A DNA stretch of 33,711 nt, taken from Octopus bimaculoides. Its lineage: Eukaryota. The number at the start of each line of letters is the position of its first letter. The first letter of the stretch is position 1. This document shows, piece by piece, positions 21,361 to 33,711 of the stretch. The stretch covers positions 31,759,956-31,793,666 of the forward strand of contig NC_068987.1 of assembly GCF_001194135.2 (NCBI RefSeq), written 5' to 3'. A program made the position numbers and the translations under genes. The notes under the pieces were generated by a model. It was given only the letters and a program-made list of their open reading frames with translations. It was not told the DNA's origin and ran no database searches.

Positions 21361-24300
21361 TGGTAACTGAAATTTTGTATTTATATAATAATTTGCTTGT
21401 TCTTTCGCCCGTTATACTTTAGTTAGAGAGGTGGAGGTGGAGTGAGTGACGGGTGGAGTAAAACTGGGAGAGAGAGAGAGAGAGAGAGAGAGAAATGTAA
21501 GTAGAGAAGAAAGAAGAGGGGAGTATAATAATACATTAAGGCCAAATACATCACGTGGTTAGTTGAAGGGAGAGGCGAAGAGCGAGAGAAAAAATATGGT
21601 GAGATAAAAGAGGTAAAGAAAAGTGTTAATGACGTACTGTAGGGTGGGGAGGGAAAGGTGAAGAGAAAGAGTGAAATGCTGAAGACATGAAGCGGAGATT
21701 ATACATGGATAAAAAGTTTGTTGAAGAGGTAGCGAGGAAGATAGAAATATAAAGTGCTTAGCAGAGGAAACTTTTTAAATCATATATTATTGTGACTGGA
21801 AGTGAAATAACTTACGTAAAATAAATATAAAAATCATCCTTTTTTTCTTAAATAGCTTCTCTTAAGCTTTTTCGTTCTGTGGAATTTCCACAGGTCTCAC
21901 TTGTTAATTATTAATATACAAAAGAACGGTTTTGTTACAAAGTCACTGAGGTACTGGGTTAAATTCGCTGGTGCATTTAGTTGAAACCGGCAACGTTTTC
22001 AGCTACTGGGTAAAATATTTCCTTTTTCTTTGTGGATTATTAAAATAATGCTCCATAAAGTAAATTTTCCTTTTCATCCGTAATGAAATTACTTGTTTCT
22101 GATCGTATTTTGGACGTTAATTCTGAATCTGGTTTTAGTTTTCACCTTTCACGTTTAATATTTAAAATATGACAAGATCTTATTTTTCTATTTTTCTCAA
22201 TACTTTAAGATATATTGAATAACATTTCATACAAGATTTGATTAATGTTTGAATCGAAACACAGCGTTCCCTTCACTGGATAAATTCATACATAATTTAT
22301 TTTAACATCATTTTTATATCACAGAGTCAAATAGATACATATGTAATTGAAAACTATACGTTATGCAAGAATTTTAAAGTGTTACTTGGTGTGGGTCGTT
22401 TCATATAGCATCTAGCGATAACCATTCACTGTTCTTTCATTTCTAAATTGCTGTTCTCAAGTTTCTATTGTTTGAATATCTTGATGGAATCGTTCACCCT
22501 GCTCTTTTATAGAACCAAAATTTTCTACGAAGAAATTGAGATGAAAATGTCGGAAGTGTATTTCTAACAACATTCGACAGCCAATTTCTTTACAGACTTC
22601 AAGGGGGTTCTCAAATTCACATCTAATCTATATGTCGCTACTTTGTTATATGTGTTATTGTTGTCTTTTAGTCTAAGGTCAGCCCGGATCGAGTAGATCA
22701 ATGATCGCACAAAATGCAGTTGTGAGCCTTGAATGATGGTGTGGCTACTTCGTTTGATCATGTTTATTGTAATATAATTGTTAAGTGTAACAGGTTGAAG
22801 TGAATAGGAAAGAGTGTGACAAAGATTAAGATTTTAGTGGACGATGACATATTTATTCTCATCTATTTTTGACAAACTGAATTTATTCGTTCTATCGGGA
22901 TTATGTTTGGTTCTTCGTTAGAGAATTCTTTTTAATTTTGTTTGGCTACGTCCTTAAATGTCTGCTGCTCTAATATTTCCATCTAGTAATGCCCCGAAGC
23001 AACAGCATAACCTCTAGTCTTCACACTATAATTAGTCTAATTATTGAACGCATGAATGTACTGGAGTAAATTAATTCGACTCAAATTTATTCTCGATACC
23101 TGTTTCATCAAATAAAATTGGCGTCATTTAAACTCAAACAATATTTAAATATTCTCTATTTTCATAAGGTTTTAACTATGAGTCAACCTAAAATACTGAA
23201 ATCTATTTTGTCATGATATAGGTTTCGCAGTAAACACTTGAAGCCCTGTTTTGTTAAATCACTCCTACTACCATTATACTAAAGTCTAGTACATTAGTTA
23301 ATTAGATATTAAGGAATCATTAAACGTGCTTATATTAACTTAATGCGTAACATTAAATTGTTTATTAATTTTGCCTTCAAATACAGTTTATCAATGGCGT
23401 TCATTTGCAATAACTCAAATTAAGTAATCTTCTGTTAAGTGGTAAAAATTATTCATATTTACATTTACGCCATGATATTTACATAACCAAATCGATATTG
23501 CATGAAGAAAAGTATACAATTTTCGACACCTAACTCGGTTGTTTAAAATATAAAGAGCTTTGAAGTATAATAAACAGTTGTTGATTAGGTTTTGGCAGTG
23601 AACAAATTAATTTTTAAGGAATTAGTCAAAGCAACTTGTATTTATGGTTTGCTAAGTTCAGATGTAAATCTACGAAAATGCCTTGATATCCAGAATCAAA
23701 TGAAATTATCGAAGGAATGGCTGCGTTTAAATGAATATGAAAGCATATTCCCCAAGTAAAGGTTCTATTAATGCATATCTGAGTTTCATGGCTTTGAGTT
23801 ATCAGGCAATCACTCATTCAAGAAGACATCTTAGCCTGTCGCCTTCGATGGAGGACAAATTTTATCACCATTAACAATGTCTGATAAAACTAGCTTATTT
23901 ATGACTTTATCTAATTTAAATTGATTTCAGCTCGTAGGCTGCAAGAATATATTTCAACAGTAGCTGTGGTTTACAGGCTTGCATTACTTTTGAGATGGGC
24001 TTTACACGTATTATGTGATGGATAAAATTTGATTGTGAAATAACTTAAAGAAAGGGATCCGAGATATCGCTTCTGAATGCATTATCACGATTAGAATATA
24101 TTAAAAATATTGGTTTGGATGAACGTGTTTGCGATGATGATGACTTTTCCGCCCATCTTGAAGAAACTGCCAATCATAATATTTTATTTGTTGTATTAAT
24201 TAAAACAGATTTTAGAGTACCACATAAAATATAATTATTGACAGGCTCTAATCTGATATTTTCAAGTTTTATTACATAAGTTACTAAATGATGGATGAAG

Positions 24301-25167
24301 AACACCCATCTTCATCGTGATCACGTTCATCCAAACCAGCATTATGTCATTATGAATAAATTTTAACCGTGATAGGGCATCAACATGTGGTATTTCAGAT
24401 CCTTTTTCATAACATATTCGGTAATAAAATGCTGTCATCTGTGAAGCTCAACTTAAAATATGTGCAGATGTTACATTTGGCAAACCACAACTGCTGTTAA
24501 AAATATATTCTAGTAGCCTATACTCTGAAACTCATGAAAGCGTTTGGCCAATCAGAAACTGTCATGTACTTCGAATACAGAAAGCAAACACTAAGGCCTC
24601 CCTTTCTGTATTTTAGTATGTTGTTTCAATTGTGGCTAATGCTCTTTACAGGATAGTAGTCATGAGAAATTATTTCTCCTGATATAAACTTTTCACTTGC
24701 ATCATATGTTAAAGCAACTTATTTCGGGGCACCACACATCTCGATCGCTGGCTTCAATGACTTTTCCAATAACAAAACTGTTACTTCAACAATTATTTAA
24801 AATCCTTTTAATATACGAGATAAAATGTTACCAGTGAGAATCTGCAAGTTTGACAAATTCCCCAAACTAGACCGACTATGTAATCGTTGAGAAAATCTTT
24901 GAATAGATTTGATGTGATAGAAATCTGACCCTTTCAGCAATTATCAGTACCTTATTATAGATCTTATATTGTTTCATTGTATCAGGTTCCTGTGGTTTCA
25001 CTATCCTCAAATCATTCTGTATGGCTATCATGATTACTTTAGATAAATTTTATGGATTTTCTTTACCATTATTCTCCAGAAGATCTTTTGTTCTTGTTAT
25101 AGCCGCAGAACATCGAGGTTATACAACCAACTTCATCACTATGGCCCCCATCAGCAGCATCAGAATT

Positions 25168-25561
25168 GGTTGTTGTTGTTGTTGGCACTCCATCGCTTAC
25201 GACGTCGAGGGTTCCAGTTGATCCGATCAACGGAACAGCCTGCTCGTGAAATTAACGTGCAAGTGGCTGAGCACTCCACAGACACGTGTACCCTTAACGT
25301 AGTTCTCGGGGATATTCAGCGTGACACAGTGCGACAAGGCTGACCCTTTGAAATACAGGTACAACAGAAACAGGAAGAAAGAGTGAGAGAAAGTTGTGGT
25401 GGAAGAGTACAGCAAGGTTCGCTACCATCCCCTGCCGTAGCCTCGTGGAGCTTTAGGTGTTTTCGCTCAATAAACACCCACAACGCCCGGTCTGGGAATC
25501 GAAACCGCGATCCTATGACCGCGAGTCCGCTGCCCTAACCACTGGGCCATTGCGCCTCCAC
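25168..25561 (-). mobile_element. Young SINE family E with (CAA)n tail and 9-bp TSD
   Basis: Reverse complement of 6639-7023; TSD atcagaatt at 25159-25167 and 25563-25571. Confidence 0.92.
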
Positions 25562-26917
25562 TATCAGAATTAGTACTGCTTGAGTTCTTACTGGAAGGTG
25601 TGCTGGGGAAACCACGTATAGAGATCACTATCTACACCAGCTGCAACGACACTATTACCACGTCTTATATCGCCACATGTGCCTCTACAAGTGTAATCAT
25701 CATCATCAATAACAACAGTAACAACAATAAAAAAATAACATAAACAATACCGCACAAGCTGGTACTTTGATGAGCTTGTGTGGTGTTGGCAGCAAACTAT
25801 TGACAGCAGGTCTTCGACACCAGGAGAGACAGTGTTGCGAGAGGCTGATAACGGTGACAGAAGTACAGAGGCAGAGAGATTTGTGTGAGGGAAAAATTGC
25901 CAGAATTAGAAGGCTTGCTCCACAAGCTTTGCTTATACATTCCAGACTTCCTTTCTACGGTCTTATCAGCTCACTAGCACAACTGACAACAGACGGTAAA
26001 TAAGAGAGTGGCGACTGTCATCAGTAATATTCTTGTTTGATTTTTGATTCAGGAATTGCAAATTACTTTGGAAAAATCCTGGGTCTGGCAATACCATCAC
26101 GAGAAATTACCGGTTCAAGAGAAACTCAGCAAAGCAGAGACGTCAGTTTGGTTTTGTCTGAAGTTTCGAAGGAATGTTCTCCACGCATGCGTTCAGTGTC
26201 TTAGCTGTACTGACTTGTGTGGAATTATATCAAACTGTTGTTGACGAATGTTGGAAGTTCAAGATCGTTAACATATCGTTAATATATCGCCCTCGTTGTT
26301 TTTTTTTGGGGGGGGGGAGAGAAAGCAGAAATTTTCTTCGCTCCCGTAGCTACAGACATAGAGTGTGATGACTAAGACTGAAAGGACTGCGAATAAATCC
26401 CCATAGATTTTGCCACCAAACACTTGAAAGGAAAATGCGGTCCAAAAAGGAAGTGGCTTTCCATCCATAAATTTGCGAAAAGGCAGGTAAGAGTAATGAG
26501 CATAACTGAAATGAATGGACCAACTCTGAGTGCCACTGTTGGCTGGAGTAAAATTTTGGGAAAGGGTACTTCAGCCCCTATATTCTAGTTATTTCTGTTC
26601 CTCGTCCGTTATATTTAGACCGTTTCTGCATTTCTTTTAAAGATAGCTTAACTCCAACATACAAACATTCATGAAGCCAAGGTCTTACAAAAACAGAGTG
26701 GCCAAACAACGATCAGCCAACACATGTATGCGTGTGTGTACTTTAAAAAATTCATAGTACGTCATTCTATTTATTGTTTAATGTCTTTTACTCCTACCAT
26801 CGTAACTTGTAGGTGTGTTTTTTCACACTTCAAGATATATTTTCTTTCTTATAACCCTATGTAAAAGTTGCGTGATTTTTATATCATTTCGAGCAGTTGT
26901 GTATGCTGAAAAAAAGA

Positions 26918-27114
26918 GAAGAAGAAGAAGAAGAAGAAGAAGAAGAAGAAGAAGAAGAAGAAGAAGAAGAAGAAGAAGAAGAAGAAGAAGAAGAAGAANN
27001 NNNNNNNNNNNNNNNNNNNNNNNNNNNNNNNNNNNNAGAAGAAGAAGAAGAAGAAGAAGAAGAAGAAGAAGAAGAAGAAGAAGAAGAAGAAGAAGAAGAA
27101 GAAGAAGAAGAAGA
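26918..27114. repeat. (GAA)n microsatellite spanning a gap
   Basis: Directly visible; N at 26999-27036. Confidence 0.95.
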
Positions 27115-27265
27115 GCACTCAGAGAGTTTGGGTGTTGTGCCAGAGTAACCAGGAAAGTATCAGACAGTTGAAAAAAACAGATAGCATGGTACCGTAGGCT
27201 GCAGGCAACAAGCCTGCTACGCATGCATAACTCCAGGAGTTCCTAGAAAGCCTGTGATAAAAAGA

Positions 27266-27301
<36 letters not shown>

Positions 27302-27391
27302 TGTTGTTGCTGTTGTTGTTGTTGTTGTTGTTCTTCTTCTTCTTCTTCTTCTTCTTCTTCTTCTTCTTCTTCTTCTTCTTGTTCTTCTTCT
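27266..27391. repeat. Compound (TAA)n(TTG)n(TTC)n array
   Basis: Directly visible. Confidence 0.95.
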
Positions 27392-28261
27392 TTTATGAAT
27401 ATAGTTCCCCTAGAACTATATTCATAAAAATGTATAGAACTATATTATCACCCTCAAATTTGAGAAACAAACACTCATAACTTTTTCTTTTAAAACTTCA
27501 TTGCATGGGATTGATAACATGAAATTCCTCGAATTGAGCTCTATCATTTAAGCTTAATGAAAATATAGTTTGTTTCTAAAATAAAAAAAAAGTTAATTAT
27601 ACTTAAATCCAATTTTTTGCCTTACTTATATTTTTTCATGATATTTTACCTCGCAACATTTTTTATATAAAATTTGTTGCATATCACCAAAACTATGAAA
27701 TTCTTCACGCTTTCTTCTATCATTGAAGCTAAGGTAAATATATTTTGCTTTTAAAATAAAGAAGTTATTTAGATCTAAACTTGATTGGTGGCGTTACTCT
27801 CCTATAACATCGCTACAAATTTTGATGTAAACTTTTTTCTACTGGACCAAATCTCAATTTTTAATGCCAAAATGTAGCTGGTGACCAGTCCTCTTCAAAA
27901 ATGTTAACGGTTTTCCATTTAGTTAAGAACTGAATTAGCGACAAGTTCTGACTGGAAGATGCTGCGTTTTAGTAAATTGCGGCCTTAAGAATATTCTTAT
28001 TCTGTCTAAAGGCTACAGTAGGCTGCTGAGGAAATATCTGTTTGAAACGGAAATATTTTTCCGCCCATGCTGGTAACTTTCATGCAACACTTTTGAAATG
28101 CCAGCGAAATTTTGGTGCCAGTTAATCACTAAGGAAATTCTGTCACATATTGTATTGTGCTTGTTAAAATTATGCGTGAAGGATTGACTACCTTTGCTAA
28201 TCTTAGCTATTTCATTTGCTATTTCCTTTAATCGTGCTTAGTATCAACGAGGGAACTGACT

Positions 28262-30412
28262 TGGGCTTTATCTTTACATAAAGTTTGAGGCCATCCATAA
28301 ATAACAAATGGTTACTTTTTGTTGGCGGCTTTTGAATATATACTCAGCTTTTGCTTTCCTCAGAATCAGTGTTAGTGGTATCAAGCACAGTACAAAGATC
28401 AGTGGGGACAGGCAGTCCCCTTGGAAGATGCCCCTCCTGATTTCTACTTTCCCTAAACTTCTTCCGTATGCTGTCAGGTCCCTCCTCCAATTCGCCATAC
28501 TTTTTCCAAGCAATCACTCAACATTCAATGCAATATCAAATAGATTCATACATTCCATAATCCAAGAATGTGGGATCATATCGTACGCCTTATGATAGTC
28601 GATCCATGACATGGCTAAGTTACTTTTCTTCCTCTAGCAGTCTCTGAGTATAGTTTTGTTTATCAGGAGTTGATAAACTTACGCTTGCAACCCTTCTGCT
28701 CATGTGGCTGGACTTCATTTTTTTCCAGATGTTCGTACATTGACTCTGCGAGTATTCCAGACAACAATTTCCACATAAGTGGCAAACAAGATAGCGGCCT
28801 GTTATTGTCTACCGTATTTCCTTTTTCGATGTTTTTCAAGTACAGCACTATCCTGCCTAATGTCAACCACTCTGGTGTTACTTGAACGGCATTTAACAAG
28901 GTGTTGAGTTGCGCAGCTATTCGTGCATGACATTCACCAAATCTTTTGATCCAGTAGCCTTGAACTCCATGTGGTCTCGGGGCCTTCCAGTTGCTAATTT
29001 GTTTGCTGATTTCCTTCACTTCCCTAACTGTAATGACTAGTTCTGCCTGTTTGGTACAGACTACTGTTTGTTTCAGCTCTTGCAACCATTCAGCATCCTT
29101 CTTGTGCTCCTTGTTTTTGCTCCAGATGTCACTCCAAAACCTTTGACTTTCATTGTTATCTGGTATCAACTTTTCATCTGTACACTCTCCATTTATTTCT
29201 TTATAGAATCTCTTCTGATCTACTCTGAATAACCTATTCTGGTGGTAACCATTCATACTTTGGTCGTATCTTGCCATCTATGCTTTCTTTGCAACGAGGT
29301 GCTGTTTCAGTTCCGCCATCACCACTTTCAGGCCCTTTCTTTCAATATCAGACTTTCTTTTCAGCGCCCTGTATTTTTGTTCGCTTTTAAGCTCCCCTTT
29401 CTCTTTTCGGGCTAACACAGATATGTCTTTCGAGAGTATGTCTAACCCTGCTTATATTCTTCNNNNNNNNNNTTTCTCTTTTCGGGCTAACACAGATATG
29501 TCTTTCGAGAGTATGTCTAACCCTGCTTATATTCTTCTTTTCTACCATGGATCTTTTCTTTTGTCACTCTCATTATGTTTCTTCCTCTTGACATCAACAC
29601 CCACGTTTTCTGCCACAACAATACGTGTTTGTTCTGATGTATTTCAGAATTTCATTGACATTTTTCGTTTCTCGGTTCAATTTCCATCGATCAACCTTTT
29701 TAGGGTTGCAAATAATGTCGCTATCATTCTCCTGTAGTCTTGCCTTTATTCTGTCGTAGATTGCCTTTTGCTCAACTGCCATGTCGCCATTAGTTTTATT
29801 GTCATCTTTTAGAACATCTATATGTCTCTCATCAAGTAAACTGCCACTGCTCCTTTCTTGTGCTATGAGATTACTCTTATGAGTAAGAACTGTATTTTCA
29901 TCGTTATCTCTGCTGCAATTTTCCAAGACCCGTCTTTTTATAGCTTCGAGCTCTACTTCTGTAAACCAACGATTTTTTTCTTAATGTTCTAGCTTGATCA
30001 CATAGTCTCTGTTCCGTGAGTTGGGACAATCCCTTTTCTCTCCAATGATCATACATACGTTATCGGTAACCCCTAATTTGAGCACCATTTTCATCTACTG
30101 GGCTGCTCAGGTAGTAACACTCCATGACCACAGCATGAATTTGCTTGCTCCATCTATGCCATGTGTGGTGGTCCCTTTCTGGATATCGACAGGCTGGAGC
30201 GGGACCAGAATCTCTGAGCCTGCCGCGTGGAACACTGTCACCATCATTGGCTTCAGTTTCATTACCACCGTTATTCACAATATTTTGTTTTTTCATTGTC
30301 ACTCATATGAGGTAGCGATTATCAGGTTGCGTAATTACCAGTGTTTTTATTGTGACACCATCACTAGATGTATCATTAATCAGTCCATGAGAGGCTTCAC
30401 CCGTTTCCTTTC
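28262..30412 (-). mobile_element. R4/Dong-type non-LTR retrotransposon, 5' end to RT catalytic motif, 3'-truncated, decayed
   Basis: N-terminal RWSKQIHAVVMECYYLSSP...RGYR*RMY..W...LTEQRLCDQAR; YHQNRLFRVDQKRFY; RT motifs NWKAPRPHG, RPLSCLPLMWKLL, QKGCKRK, WIDYHKAYDMIPHSW, GIFQGDCLSPLIF, NHLLFMDG (28290-28301, FMDD mutated). Several stops and frameshifts. Confidence 0.88.
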
Positions 30413-30962
30413 ATTATCATTATTATAATCACCACTGATATCACTGGTATTATTGTTTTCATGTGTAGTAACAACAGTGGTTGTAGCAACACCAACAGTA
30501 GCAAGGGTGGGGTAGTAATAAGAGTCGTAGTTGGGCCTCAGATTCCTGTGCTATCATAATAGTAGTATTTGTAGTATTAGCAGCTGCAGCATATCATTAT
30601 TATTTTTATTTTTATCATTATCACCATCACCACCACTACCATGTTATTATCATTATTACTATTTCCATTTATTATTAAAAGATATTACTAAACGTTCTTT
30701 ATTTTCAACTTTTGTCTCGTACTTGAGATAATCATAAATATGTGATTGTTGAAGGAAATAGTTGGGTATTATTTAGAATACAGGTCTATAAATAGATTCG
30801 GCAGATGGTGGGGAGGTCAGCCATAGAGACAAAAGAACCTCCGACCCTTTGGGTCAGCAGAGGACAAATGTGTTTACTACTACCAGTGACCACCGAGAGC
30901 GCTGCCTTGAAAAGAAGCAATTCAATCTGTTCTATTTGTAATTACTGGTAGAAAAAACAATA

Positions 30963-30965
<3 letters not shown>

Positions 30966-31026
<61 letters not shown>
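30966..31026. repeat. (CA)n(TA)n compound microsatellite
   Basis: Directly visible. Confidence 0.95.
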
Positions 31027-31031
<5 letters not shown>

Positions 31032-31902
31032 CATACACACACACATATACTGATATTCACGTCGTTGAATTTTTGAATTTCTGAATTCAATTGTGTTGTT
31101 GCCATAAAAGCTGTGTTTGGGTAATATATTAAAGTTTTTAAGTTTTCTTGAGATGTTTGTTCGTTTGTCTGTCCGCTTGGAGAATACAGTAGGACTTTTG
31201 CAATGGAAAGGATGTTTACATTTTCGAATATTCGGGGAGAGTGAAAAAGAAAGAAAACGAGTTGCAGATAGTAAAGTTTTAAGCTTTACTAAATACGGTC
31301 ATTTGTATGACCGCACAGAGAGAAATGGTAGTGTTCTTTTTTGTTGTTGATAGATTTATCTCCGGGCATAGTTTTTTGTGGTGTTTTTAAACTTATGACT
31401 TGTTCACCCTGTCTGTATTAGTCCGAAAAATAAAAAAAATTATTTTATTTTGTTTTTTGTTTTTGCTTCGTTTGTGAAACGTGTTTTCATATGCGTGTAT
31501 GTGTCCTGTAAATTTGACATAGTTGTGTAAACATTGGGATGTAATTTTTTGTCCTATGGGTATTAAAATGTATATTTTAATTCTGTAGACATTCGAGTGT
31601 ATGCGCAATTACTCAATTTATGTATTTACCGTTTTGTTCCATTTCTATTTTATAATTTGTAAACTTTCCGGTGTTGATTTTGCGTGTGTGTTTCGCACAT
31701 GTTTCACTGAGGTATCGTGCATAGGAGAAACTGTGCTTTGTATGGCAGTAAAATTTCGTTCCATGATTATTTTCGTTAAAGGACCGTTTCCTTCAAGTCT
31801 TCTACACGTTCCGTTATCCCATTTCACCAATGTTATTAGATAAGATTTGTTTTTGAATGGAGAGCCCGGTATAGGACATCCATGTTGTTTATTGTTATTA
31901 TT

Positions 31903-33537
31903 CATATACACACAACAGATTAGACTGTTGGAAAAGAAAAATTCTTAACATCGGGCTACAGTAAGTTAATTTAGATGCCAAGAACTCTCTTAAGTATCCT
32001 ATCTGTCCATAATAACATAGTTTTCTGCAGCTGTACTTAACTAGGTTTTATGCCTATTTTCTCTATCCATCGGTTCAAATCTTTAGGGATAGTTCCCAAT
32101 GCGCCTATAAACACTGGGATACATTTTACCCGCACTTTCCATTGTCTCTGTAATTCAATGGCTAGGTCCTGGTACTTTGCTATTTTTTTCTATACCTCTC
32201 ATATTGATTCTTTCATCATTTGAGACTGTAAAGTCAATTATCTGGCACTTTCTATTCTCTTTACCTACTACTGCTAAATCAGGCCTCCTAGCTTCTATTA
32301 CTCTGTCAGTCTGAATGTTAAAGTCCTACAACTTCTTGCATTTCTTATTTTCTAGTACTTTATTAGGTACATGTTCATACCATTTATCAGTATGTTCAAA
32401 TCCTATTTTTCTACATAACTCCTAGTGGATTACTCTCCTTAGGTTGTCATGTCTTTTCTTGCATTCTTTCTGTACCATCATGCTACATTCACTTACTATA
32501 TGAGTAACGCTTTCCTCTTTTGATTTGCATAGCGTACATTGGGAATCAACTTGGATTTTGTCTATCTTGGCTTTTATTCAATTAATCCTTAATACTTGCT
32601 CCTGTGCTGCAATTAACAAACTTTCTTTCTCCCTTTTCAGCCTCCTTTCTGTAACCATAATCATGTCTCACTACTACTATTTGCTGCAACTATCTTTAAG
32701 AATCTACCATGCAAAGCCTTCTCATGGGTGTGGGATCATGTTATAGGCTTTCTTATAATCTATCCATGCTATTAGATTTTTCTTTCTAGCTTTTACTTAA
32801 TTTAGAACTGCTTTGTCTGTGCATAATAGATCATGTGTTCCACTAGCCTTCTTCTTCCTGCAACCTTTCTGTTTTTCTTACAATAAATTCTGGTTGTCAA
32901 GGTGCTCGTAAATGCTTTCTGAAAGCATTCCTGTTAACAGCTTCCACACCAATGGTAAGCAAATGATTGATCTATAATTGCTAGCTGTAATACCTTTGCT
33001 TTTATCTTTCATAAGGAGTACTGTCCTTCTAGTCATTCAATCTGGTATTATTGAGTCATTAAGGCAATCCTGAAGCTGTTCCCTCAGCCTCCCATGTAAA
33101 CTGCTAAATTTCCTTAGCCAGTACCCTGGAGCTAAATCTGGTTCTGGGCCCCTCCAATTCGGCATTTTCCTAATGCTTTACTCATTAATGCACCAGTTAA
33201 TCTTAGATCCGGCTGCTTCCCACTCACTATTTCTTCCTTCACTTTCCTTGACCATACTGCATCTCCATTATGATTGACTGACTTATCCAGTATATTATTC
33301 CAGAACTTACTAGCTTCTGCATTAGGTTTCTCATCTTCACTACTTCGTATTCTGTTATTTATTTGGTTATAAAATCTCCTCTGATCTGTCTCAAATAATC
33401 TGATCTGTTGATTCTGATCTACTCTTTTCTGATATCTAGAAAGCTTACCTGCTAATGCTGCTATGTTACGCTGTTTCAACTCTTCTATGACTGTCCATAT
33501 CCTTTCTCTTTGACTACATATCTTTTCTCAAGAGAAG
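31903..33537 (-). mobile_element. Second R4/Dong-type RLE retrotransposon, 5'-truncated with RT core deleted, intact 3' end
   Basis: EELKQR...QIRLFETDQRRFY...KQKGCRK...WIDYKKAYNMIPHP then jump to EKALHGRF; CCHC knuckle CTLCKSKEESVTHIVSEC; RLE motif RRPDLAVV...IIDF; ends ILKRVLGI* (stop 31971-31973), short 3' UTR and AAT tail at 31889-31902; 5' end abuts (TTA)n 33538-33603. Confidence 0.9.

Positions 33538-33603
<66 letters not shown>
33538..33603. repeat. (TTA)n microsatellite, likely retrotransposon target
   Basis: Directly visible; directly adjoins the 5' truncation point of the second R4/Dong-type element. Confidence 0.95.
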
Positions 33604-33606
<3 letters not shown>

Positions 33607-33711
33607 TAGTTTTATTTTTATAACGTGCTTTCACTTCACTACCGAGCGCAGCTCTGTGCGCCTTGGGTATGTGCTGTGGTTTGCTGTGGTGCTCTTATGT
33701 TTACTGTATTG

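Noticed and set aside
23650-24240. Short coding-looking frames (e.g. DVNLRKCLDIQNQMKLSKEWLRLNEYESIFP)
   Set aside because: No recognisable motif, frames are short and discontinuous; cannot be supported as exons.
26407-26492. Candidate 80-bp exon with strong donor CAG|GTAAGA at 26487 (DFATKHLKGKCGPKRKWLSIHKFAKRQ)
   Set aside because: No recognisable protein similarity and no supported partner exon; such sites occur by chance in 33 kb. RNA-seq would be needed.
29398-29537. Perfect 65-bp direct repeat (29398-29462 and 29473-29537)
   Set aside because: It flanks a 10-N placeholder gap exactly, the signature of unmerged overlapping contig ends; assembly artefact.
31640-31830. Minus-strand NGITERV...W.EILLP resembling an integrase motif
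   Set aside because: Several stops, very short similarity, no other LTR-element features.

Overview
Eukaryotic, AT-rich, microsatellite-saturated non-coding DNA with six assembly gaps (831-1217, 1740-2437, 8672-8842, 16029-16640, 26999-27036, 29463-29472). The SINE families, microsatellite density and retroelement mix suggest a cephalopod (Octopus-like) genome; this is inference from recalled repeat sequences, not a search. I find no intact host protein-coding gene, and nearly all supplied ORFs are microsatellite or N-gap artefacts. Supported content: (i) the 3' end of a Penelope-like element (C-terminal endonuclease region, 2440-2766, one in-frame TGA at a conserved-looking Cys) followed by a type I hammerhead ribozyme motif, with a second solo copy of that motif at 18130-18230; (ii) a 5'-truncated RTE-type LINE ending in three tandem C2H2 zinc fingers (15057-15632); (iii) two decayed R4/Dong-type RLE retrotransposons on the minus strand beside (TAA)n repeats (28262-30412, 31903-33537); (iv) four tRNA-headed SINE families, one a composite with an internal microsatellite and one young with clear target-site duplications; (v) a 460-bp foldback element (18751-19210). 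The best leads are the hammerhead pair, the UGA/Cys question and the triple-zinc-finger LINE. These are variants of known element classes; I cannot claim a wholly new system from this window alone.
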